A stretch of 64,000 nucleotides of DNA, taken from positions 77,004,001 to 77,068,000 of the forward strand of contig OX597831.1 of the NCBI GenBank assembly GCA_951406725.2, read 5' to 3'. Position 1 is the stretch's first letter; every line of letters starts with the position of its first letter. This document shows positions 53,361 to 64,000 of this stretch, one piece after another. Below the pieces are notes generated by a model, which saw only the letters and a program-made list of their open reading frames with translations, did no database searches and was not told the origin of the DNA. This stretch comes from Octopus vulgaris. Its lineage: Eukaryota. A program made the position numbers and the translations under genes.

Positions 53361-53634
53361 TATTATATAAATGTATGCATATGAATACGTATCTTCTTTC
53401 ACTCATTAGACTGCGGTCATGCTGAGGTACAGCTTTGAAGAATATTTAGTCGAACGAATCGACCCTAGTTGTCTTTTAAGGTATGGTAGTAATTCTATCG
53501 GCTTTTTGCCAAAGCGTTAAGTTACAGAGACGTAAACACACCAACACCGGTTCTCAAGCGGTGACGGGGGACAAACACGGGCACAAAGGAACACACACAC
53601 ACTCACACATGTATATAGATAGTTAGCTAGATAA

Positions 53635-53709
<75 letters not shown>

Positions 53710-54372
53710 TACATAGATGTATATATACGATGGGATTCTTTCAGTTTCCGCCTACCAAATCCACTCACAAGGCTTTTGTAGCCTGTAGCTATAGTAGAAG
53801 ACATTTACCCAAGATTCTTCGCAATTGACTTGAACCCAGGACCAAGTGGCTGAGAAGGAAACTTCTAACCACGCGGCCATTTCCAAATTCTGCACGCAAA
53901 GACTACGTGTTTGCATCTGGCTATTAGACCGAGAGCCAGTCCTGATTTGATTAGACTCGAAGCTCCAAAATACTGGCAAGGCACAATATGTGTACAAATG
54001 GTCCTAATACCATGAAACGTGATTCTTAAGTATGCTTAGGTATCGATTAATTAATTATGAGATAATCAACTTGCGTAAATAACTAATTTAATTAGACTTT
54101 AAGCTCCAGTAATGAATCACATTGAATATTATGCCTTAGACACAAGTAATACTTAAATGAAAACTTAAGGAAAAAAAAACGGGTATGGAAAAACAAATTA
54201 ATAAGTTTTAATTAGACACGTAATTAGGAATTAATTAGACTTTCTGCTCCAACGTCAATTTCTTCGCAGAATTGTTCACTAAACCCAACTGAATCTATTC
54301 ATGTCACTTAAGAACCATTTTAGGTATGGATTTATAATTTAAGAAGCATTTTCTACTAATCACTATACACTA

Positions 54373-54479
<107 letters not shown>

Positions 54480-54480
54480 A

Positions 54481-54512
<32 letters not shown>

Positions 54513-54603
54513 TCTATCTCTCTATCTCTCTATCTCTCTCTCTATCTATCTATCTATCTATCTATCCATCGATCTATCCATCTATCTATCTATCTATCCA
54601 TCC

Positions 54604-54643
<40 letters not shown>

Positions 54644-54645
54644 GC

Positions 54646-54712
<67 letters not shown>

Positions 54713-55120
54713 ATATGTAACAAATAGTTATCTTAACTAACTTAAAGTTCGTTCAAGCCTAAACATTGCTTGGTGCTGATACTGCTGAAGCTCTGCCAAT
54801 CAGGTGGTCAAAGAGTGCAACCCAGTCAGTGTTGTTTTTGTTTTGGTTAAAGTTACGGCTTTAAAATCTGCCTAGGGTTACCTCCCTTCGGTATTTCCTA
54901 TTGATAACGGCTAAAGAGCTAAAAAAAACGGACTAAGAATCCGAAAGAGGGCAGCACTGGGCAGATATGGAATTTTCACATCTTTTTACCATAACAGTAT
55001 TTTTTTTCTCCACGGCAAATGCAGTGAATTTGCGTTGAGAGTTCGAAATCTGTCACAAACATATTTTACCTTACCTAAAGTTTGCTGATGCATAAGCACT
55101 GCTTAGCATATAAACTCTAC

Positions 55121-55186
<66 letters not shown>

Positions 55187-56234
55187 CTTAGTGGTTAGGG
55201 TATCGGATTCATGATCGTAAGATTGTGGTTTCGATTCCTGGGCCGAGCAACGTGTTGTGCTCTTAAGCAAAACTTCATTTCACGTTGCTCCAGTCTACTC
55301 AGCTGGCAAAAGTGAGCTACCCTGCGATGGACTTGCATCCCATCCAGGTGGGGAATAAATTCGCTATACAAGGCGGCGAGCTAGCAGAAACGTTAGCACG
55401 CCGGGTGAAATGCGTAGCCGTATTTCGTCTGCCGCTACGATCTGAGTTCAAATTCCGCCGAGGTCGACTTTGCCTTTCATCCTTTCGGGGTCAATAAATT
55501 AAGTAGCAGTTACGCACTGGGGTCGATGTAATCGACTTAATCCGTTTGTCTGTCCTTGTTTGTCCCTTCTATGTTTAGCCCCTTGTGGGTAGTAAAGAAA
55601 CATATATACGCTACTGAAACCAGGAAACCGGCCCTTATGAGCCTGACTTGGCTCGAGAAGGGAGCATTTATTATTTTTATATGTAAGTACAAACTTCTCT
55701 CAATACATTATACATAACGCGTTCATTAAAATACACATATATCCGGTAGTAAAGCCTGTATCTGAAAATAAGTTGGGATGGCCACTGCTGAGAAGCTTTT
55801 AATGATAAGCCTACTTAATCAGAATTGCTCTGGGTGGGGATAACAATGAAAAGAACGAAAATGGTAAAGAATATATATAAGTATGAATAACAGAAAAATC
55901 GCTAAAAATGGTTTTGGGCGGTGTCTTTAATACGTCGTCGCTGAGAAGAATTCTCAGAATCTTTAGTAAAGAAGAATGTTAGCTGATGGCGGTCGGGTGC
56001 GATGGGTATGAGGGAAGAGGTTGTAAACAATAAATGAGATTAAAATCAAAGAGAACATTACTAGAAGAGCAGGATATTGGCGGGAAAGGAAGAAAGCAAA
56101 GATTAATAGATATTAGATATGGGTGGTGGTAGAGAAATAGGAGAAGGAGGATCGGTGTTTCTACTCAGATAAAAGGAACATAAAATAACAACAACAAAAA
56201 CAACAAAAACAACAACAACAACAACAACGACGAC

Positions 56235-56287
<53 letters not shown>

Positions 56288-56288
<1 letters not shown>

Positions 56289-56895
56289 ATGGCTAAGAAG
56301 GAATATATTCACAGACACGACAGAGTTGGGACCTACATGCACTGGAAGCTATGCCAACATTATGGAATAGCAAGAAAAAAAAGATGGTATGGGTACACGC
56401 CAGAAAAGGTCACAGAAAACGAGAAAGCAACCATGCTATGGGATATGCCAATACACACAGACAGAGAAATTAAGGCTAATAGGCCAGATATAGTTGTCAG
56501 AGATCACAAAGACAAAAATGCTTTCTAATTGATGAATCAATACCAACAGACGTCAATGTTTCTCTAAAAGACATGGAGAAACTTTCAAAATACAAAGACC
56601 TAGAAATAGAAGTAACTAGAATGTAGGGCCTAAAAACAGAAACAGTTCCTATCATAGTAGGCGCATTAGGTATGATAAAAAATATTCAGACAAATGCATA
56701 ACAAAAACACCAGGACTAACAGGACTAATATATATCATAACATACAGAAAATAGCACTGCTAGGCACTGCACACATCCTACGTAAAACACTTTCAATACA
56801 ATAACCATCAGAGCATCACAACAAGTCACAGCACATACCCAAGGCACATAGAGCTGCGCCCAGCAGTGCAGTGAATGCACGCTATTGAATAAGAC
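56288..56895 (+). mobile_element. R4/Dong-type RLE element 3' fragment (second family)
   Basis: EYIHRHDRVG..HWKLC..LWDMPIHTDREIKANRPDIVV. Confidence 0.82.
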
Positions 56896-56960
56896 TATTG
56901 AATAATAATCATAATCATAAGAATAATATCGGCAACGACCACGACTACAACAACAGCAGC

Positions 56961-56997
<37 letters not shown>

Positions 56998-57608
56998 GCA
57001 ACAGCAACAACAACAACAAAAACAACAACAAAGACAATAACAACAACAACAACAATAACAAATGCCCTAATGCAGTACCAGGCAGTGGCTCTCATGGCTT
57101 TTGACCTTAACTGATTGCAAGTGTTATCATGTACATTGTTTTGTTTTGCTATAAAAGATGGGCTACAGCAAATATTCTGCTCAATACCACAGATTTGCTT
57201 GTCAGTTGTTTGACCTTAACCAGTTGAGCATGTCCCTTAGTGGCTGACCATATGTGCTTCTCTGATCAAGAGCAGAAGTAGTGGGGGAGCATCATAGCCA
57301 TGTGTTGAAAGGAATTCTTTGGGATTTGAATAATTTACCTCTGGAAACATGGGTGTTTCGTTCAACATCCTTAAACAACCCTTATTCAGGGACCTTTTGA
57401 GTGGGATGGATTACTCGACCTGAAGAAAATGTTAATCTGCAAGGTCATGCGCTGTTTATCTTGATACGACATCATCATGTCATGCACATATAGTTGTGAT
57501 GCATGTGCCTAGTGTACCCTTATCAGACGGGTAGCCATGATGGGTATACTGGGCTTCATATATTTGTACCCCAGTGTCACTTTGATTGCACGCACTGCTA
57601 TCTCATTC

Positions 57609-57706
<98 letters not shown>

Positions 57707-57738
57707 TAATAATAATAACAATAATAATAATAATAATG

Positions 57739-57800
<62 letters not shown>

Positions 57801-58419
57801 CCCCAAAATAACACTGTTAGGAAGAGTCAGATACTGTTAGGAACAGTAGGATACTATCAATTCAATAATACAAACCTACACAAAATAGTCCACAAACACA
57901 AGACACACTGTACACAGCAAATATCCAATGAAATAAACTACAACCAGCAAGCTGATAACCAAGGCATTACACACACAACACACAATACAAACACTAATAC
58001 AGCAAATGACGGCACCACACATCAAAAAGAAAAACAGAGAAGAAAAGAAACTCACGCAGTTCTATACTGGGAAGAGTTTGCAGACTCCCAACAACAAGAA
58101 AAAGAAAAGAAAAAACAATGCTGCACCCTCCCCTCCCCCCAACAAGACGGAGGTGTAGCAGTTGATGCAGAAGAAATTTGCCTGAAACTAACAAATGTTG
58201 AACAACAACAACAACAACAACAGCAGCAGTAGCAGTAGCAGTAGCAGTAGCGGCAGCAGCAGCGGCGGTAGTAGTAGTTGTTGTAGTAGTAGTAGTTGTA
58301 GTAGTAGTTGTAGTAGTAGTTGTAGTAGTAGTAGTAGCAGAAGCAACAGCAGTAGCGGCAGCAGCAGCAGTAGTAGTAGTAGCAGAAGCAGCAGTAGCAA
58401 TTGCAGCAGCAGCAGCGGC

Positions 58420-58477
<58 letters not shown>

Positions 58478-58539
58478 AGTAATGGTGAACGAAGTTTATT
58501 AAGAGCTGTTAGAATCACAGGAGGACAGAAAAAAAGAAA

Positions 58540-59525
58540 GATTATCTGACTGACAAGAGAAAGATTTGCATGTCAGATTCCTAAAGATAGTTGCAACAAA
58601 TAGTTACAGTGAGACATGGTTATGGTTGCAGAAAGGAAAGCTGAAAAGGGAGACGGAAAGTCTGTTAGTAGCAGCACAAGATCAAGCATAGAGGACTAAT
58701 TGGATAAAAGCCGAGATAGACAAAACCCAAGTAGATTCCCAATGTAGCTTATGCAAATCAAAGGAGGAAAGTGTTACTCATATTGTTACAGAAAGAATAT
58801 AAAAAAAAGAAAAGATGACCTAGGGAGAGTAATCCACTAGGAGTTATGTAGAAAGCTAGGGTCTGAATATACAGATAAATGGTATGAACATGAACCTAGT
58901 AAAGTACTAGAAGGTAAGTAATATAAGATGTTGTGGGACTTTAACATTGAAACGGACTGTGTAACAGAAGCTAGATGGCCTGATTTAGTGGTAGTAGATA
59001 AAGAGAATAAAAAGTGCCAGATAATTGACTTTGCAGTCCCAAATGATGTGAGAATCAATATGAGTGGTATAGAGAAGATAGCAAAGTACCCGGACCTAGG
59101 CATCGAATTATAGAGGCTATGGAAAATGGAGGTAAAGTGTAGCTGGCAGAAACGGTAGCACGCCGGGCGAAATGTTTAGCAGTATATTTCGTCTGCCGTT
59201 ACGTTCTGAGTTCAAATTCCGCCGAGGTTGACTTTGCCTTTCATACTTTCGGGGTCGATAAATTAAGTACAAGTTACGCACTGGGGTCGATGTAATCGAC
59301 TTAATCCGTTTGTCTGTCCTTGTTTGTCTCCTCCATGTTTAGCCCCTTGTGGGTAGTAAAGAAATAGGTAAAATGTATCCCAGTAGTTATAGGCGCATTA
59401 GAAACTATCCTTAAAAATCTGAATAGATGAATAGCAGAAATAGGTATAAAACTTGGTTTAGTACAACTCCAAGAAATAGTGTTTCTGAGGACAGTTAAGA
59501 TACTAAGGAGGGTTCTTGGTATCTT
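58540..59525 (+). mobile_element. R4/Dong-type RLE fragment interrupted by a group B SINE with ~11-bp TSD
   Basis: AAQDQ, LWDFNIETD..PDLVV..IIDFAVP..KY; TSD AGGTAAA(G/A)TGT near 59130 and 59366. Confidence 0.8.
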
Positions 59526-60260
59526 GATAATAATAGGAATAGAATGTTTTAGAGACGTTAAATTCAGTACATTTCAAAAGAAGATAAATATCAGCATGTG
59601 TAAAGTCAGTGTCATTAACATCCGGTATCAGTTGGCACCATGCCATAGTAAGCATATATCTGTCACTAAAACCATTACAAAACCATTTCCTCCGCGTTGG
59701 AGGTGGGGGCGTGGGGTAGGTTCGTTCTCATGTTATTACATAAATGTGAAGAACGTAATGTTTGTAAAAAGGAAAAAAGATGTTTTACTGTCGTTGTTTT
59801 TGCAATGGTTTCTGGTTGTTTTAGCTGTTATTTTTTTTTCTTTCGAATATTCCTGAAGCGCGGGACGTGACGTAAAAGGTGGTGAGAGGGTGCGGTGCGA
59901 TGAATAGTTCTAATCGGGTTTGAAAACCGGGAGCTAAAAATAAAATTACGTGTTATTCCGGGTAAAATTGTAGAATAATAGCACCCCAGTATGGCCGAGA
60001 CAAACTTCTACATTTAACGTGGTTTAGTGGTTAAGGTTTACGGCTCACGATCGCAAGGTCGTGAGTTCGATTCCCGGCTGTGCGTTGTGTACCTGAGCAA
60101 AACATTTAACTTTTTATTACTCCAGTCCATTCAGCAGGCAAAATTGAGTTTTACCTGTAATGCAAAAGGGGTCAGCCTTGAAACATTCAGTGTCACGCTG
60201 AAGCTCCATGAGAACTGCGTTAGGGATACTCGTGCCTGTAGAGTGCTCAGCCAATTTCAC

Positions 60261-60299
<39 letters not shown>

Positions 60300-60510
60300 T
60301 TGTATGTATTCATTTATGTGTGTCTATGTTTGCCTCCACCACCATTGTCATCGCTTGACAACCGATGCTGCTCTGTTTATATACCCGTAACTTAACGGTT
60401 CGGCATCTTCAACTAAAACACATTTAAGGCGGTGCTTCAGCATAGCCGCAGTCAAATCACTGAAACAAGTAAAAAAATATATATATATATACATATATAC
60501 ATATATATGA

Positions 60511-60565
<55 letters not shown>

Positions 60566-60651
60566 AAGTATATGTCCGAAGTCAGGACGCCATGATAGAT
60601 CGTTAGCTCCTACACGCATTTTTTTCTCTCCTTGTTTTTTTTCTGTGTATC

Positions 60652-60685
60652 TTTCTGTCGAAAAGCGTAGGCTCGAAACGTAAAA
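60652..60685 (+). ncRNA. Variant hammerhead-like motif (CTGTCGA core); related decayed copies near 26930-26965(-), 34948-34978(-), 44855-44886(+)
   Basis: TTT-CTGTCGA-AAAGC GTAG GCTC-GAAA-C-GTA-AAA. Confidence 0.45.
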
Positions 60686-60783
60686 ACTTTTTCTATTTCT
60701 ATTCCTGAGCGCTATACTAATACAATTGTTTGTTTGTACTCCACCTGCCTTCGTCTTTTGTTTATTTTCGTAAACTTTCTCTT

Positions 60784-60935
<152 letters not shown>

Positions 60936-61081
60936 GTGGACAGTCAACATCTAGATATAGTATATGTATATGTCTATATATGTATATATGTATATATAAA
61001 TATTTTAATCTTGATTCTTTCTTTAATATGCTAGACCACTGGTTCTAATTGATAAATATCAATTTTACCCTAAATTTAATG

Positions 61082-61133
<52 letters not shown>

Positions 61134-61142
61134 GTATATGTA

Positions 61143-61211
<69 letters not shown>

Positions 61212-61399
61212 ATATATACGTGTAAATATGTATGTATATGCAACCATGTGGTTCATGGTTCTGTCCTGTGACTGGATTTGGCATTTGGAAAGTGAAAGAA
61301 GTTCGTCGTATATGTGTGTGTGTGTGTCAGTGTGTGTGAGTGTGTGTGAGTGTGTGTGTGGGGTGGGTGTTAAATAAAATGAGACATCAAAGCCAAGGC

Positions 61400-63358
61400 T
61401 GTGTGAAATATTCATGACATTTATAAAGAGAAAGTTAGTCTTACAGCTGTTTCTGGGATATTAGGGATATCCCTTCATCAGAGACGATGTGAGATGGTTA
61501 AATGGAGGGAAATGTTAGAGTTCAATATGGAGACTTATTTTGGAAAAGGATGGAAATAAGGAATAAAAGGGAGATAAGAGAAGGAATGTAGAAATAAAAA
61601 CAAAAATGCATAAAGGTGTTATAGATGCAGTTCCATTATCCAAGGAAAGTGGTGTGTAGAATGGGTAGAGACACTTCCTGTTCGTGGTATGTAAATTCCA
61701 ATAGGAGTTCATATTTTGTTATCACAAATAGAAAGTGTAGAGACGTAGATTCCATGTGCTGTTCATTCAAAGGTGTCTTGCGGTGTGAATGAAAATTTAA
61801 GAATATAGTGGTAGTATTAAGTGGATAGAGAGAAAAGAAGAGATGTGTATGTTAAAATGAAGAGATAGGTAAAAGGAAAAGGTGAGAAAAGAAGAAGGAA
61901 AGAAAAAGGAAGAGAAAATGAAAACAAGAAAAGAATGTGAAAAAGTGTAAGAAAGTGAAAAAAGGAGTGTTAGTTGGTGGTCAAGATATTATGAGGGGGA
62001 TGCGAGAGGAGTAGAGGAGGGATAGGAAGAGATGAGAATGTAAGTGACGAATACGTATGAGGTGTATGCGCTGGGGTAATATGTTAGAAGGGCATTAAGG
62101 GTTGGGTACAGATAAAGGTATAGGAGGGGGTTTTCTAAAGTGAGTAGTAAACCACAAAACGGAAGGTAAGAATACTAAAAATGGTCAAGTTTCTATAAAT
62201 AGACTCACGTGTTCATTCTGCTAGCTAATATGATAGTGTGAACAGTGGAATCAGAGAGAAAGAAAGAAAGAAGTGTATATCAATATACGCACGCGCGCAC
62301 GTATGTACATATGTGTGTGTATGCATTATTATATAGGTCTGCGTACTTGTGTATTTAAATACGTACCCATGCATGCATATATTTATATAAACATACATAT
62401 ACACGTATATACATATACACATATACACATGCATGCATACACATACATATTCAAACATACATATACCTACATACACATATTTAGGCACGCAGACGCATCC
62501 CATAAATACATGCATATACGCATATACGTACGCACATATACACGCATACATGCACACGTACACATACACGCACACACACACATATATATACATATACAAA
62601 CATACATACATCCGCATGCGTACCCATATGCATGCCCATATGTGTCGTATTAAACAATTAGAATAAGACTGGAGATTTAAAAAATTAACGGGAAGTCAAA
62701 TAGGGTTCTTGGGGTTTACATAAGGGGTGTTAGGGATATATGCTGTGTGGTTATTTAGGTTGCATTCAGATTTGTGGTAAAATTTGAAGGTATGGAAAAA
62801 GCGGTGGTTGCATATACCTAGGGCATCTTATGTTTATTAGTTGTAATGAAGAGTTGTGTTTTAATATGTGGAATGCTTCTTTTAGGCATAACTTATAGGC
62901 TGAGCGTTGACCTTGTTATCGAAGCCCTGAATCTATTATGGACCATGACACACCTCACACATATTTATTGCTTATATTCTTATCTCTCCCTACACCTCCC
63001 CTACTCCTCTCCCATCCCCCTCATAATATCTTGACCACCAACTGACATTCCTTTTTTCACTTTCTCTCCATGTTTTCATTTTCTCTTCCTCATTTTTTCC
63101 TTCTTCTTTTCTCACCTTTTCCTTTTACCTATCTCTTCATTTTAACATACACATCTCTTCTCCCCTCTCTATTCACTTAATACTACCACAACATTCTTAA
63201 ATTTTCATTCCCCCCACCCCCACAAGACCCCTTTGAATGAACAGCACATGGAATCTACGTTTCCACACTTTCCATTTGTGATGACAAAATATGAATTACT
63301 ATCCGACTTTACATACCATGGACAGGAAGCATTTCTACCACTTCTACGCACCACTTTC
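61400..63358 (-). mobile_element. 5'-truncated PLE (endonuclease C-terminus ~62930-62760, 3' UTR, HHR) with an upstream inverted pLTR copy
   Basis: Minus strand reads KLCLKEAFHILKH..LIN..CNHRF; 61645-62065 is inverted at 62950-63358. Confidence 0.75.
61438..61485 (-). ncRNA. Minimal type I hammerhead ribozyme, intact core
   Basis: GTCT-CTGATGA-A-GGGATAT CCCTA ATATCCC-A-GAAA-CAGCTG-TA-AGAC. Confidence 0.8.
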
Positions 63359-64000
63359 ATCCTTTTGGTGTCGATAGATTAAGTACCAGTTGAACTCTGG
63401 GGTCGATCTAACCGACATATCCTCTCCCAGGAATTATCTGGCCTTGTGCCAAAATTAGAAATGAATATTTTATTATCATACATATTCGCGCGCACACGCA
63501 TACACACACATACACACACACATGCACACACATTCGCGCGCACACGCATACACACACATACACACACATACACACACACACATGCACACACATTCATGCC
63601 AGTGTCTTTCTTCCCACCACCGCTTGGTATGTTTACGTCCCTGTAACTAAGCGCTTTGGCAAGAGAGATCGATAGAACAAGTGCCGGGCTTAGAATGGAA
63701 AAACAAAGCACTAAGGTCGATTCATTCGACTAAAAAATTTTCAGATCGGTGCCCCAGCATGGCCGCAGTCAAATTACATAAACAAGCAATAAGAAAAAAA
63801 TATGTATGTACGAACAGACACACACACACACATACACGCATATTCATATATGTACATTTGTATACCTGTATATATATATATACACACATCCATGTGTGTG
63901 TGTGTGTATATATATATACTCTTTACTTGTTTCAGTCACTTGACTGCGGCCATGATGGAGCACCGCCTTTAGTCGAGCACATCGACCCCAGGACTTATTC

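Noticed and set aside
57537-58518. 231-aa Asn/Gln-rich ORF and overlapping ORFs
   Set aside because: Built from repeat end and microsatellites; no splice or domain evidence

Overview
Repeat-dense eukaryotic intergenic or intronic DNA. The SINE, microsatellite and LINE repertoire suggests an octopus-like cephalopod (inference). No host protein-coding exon, rRNA, genuine tRNA or CRISPR array is supportable, and most short ORFs are microsatellite translations. Recognisable content: Penelope-like elements (PLEs; RT N-terminus and GIY-YIG pieces), one near-complete CR1-type LINE, several R4/Dong-type RLE retrotransposon fragments tied to (TAA)n, Tx1/L1, RTE, Tc1 and mariner remnants, and three abundant SINE groups. 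The most striking signal is about 20 minimal hammerhead-ribozyme (HHR) motifs (stem I-CTGANGA-stem II-GAAA-palindromic stem III-NTH), read by eye. They sit in PLE 3' regions and in short (TA)n-embedded non-coding elements, several of which form fold-back palindromes. The largest is a 3.16-kb palindrome with an outward-pointing intact-core HHR near each end.
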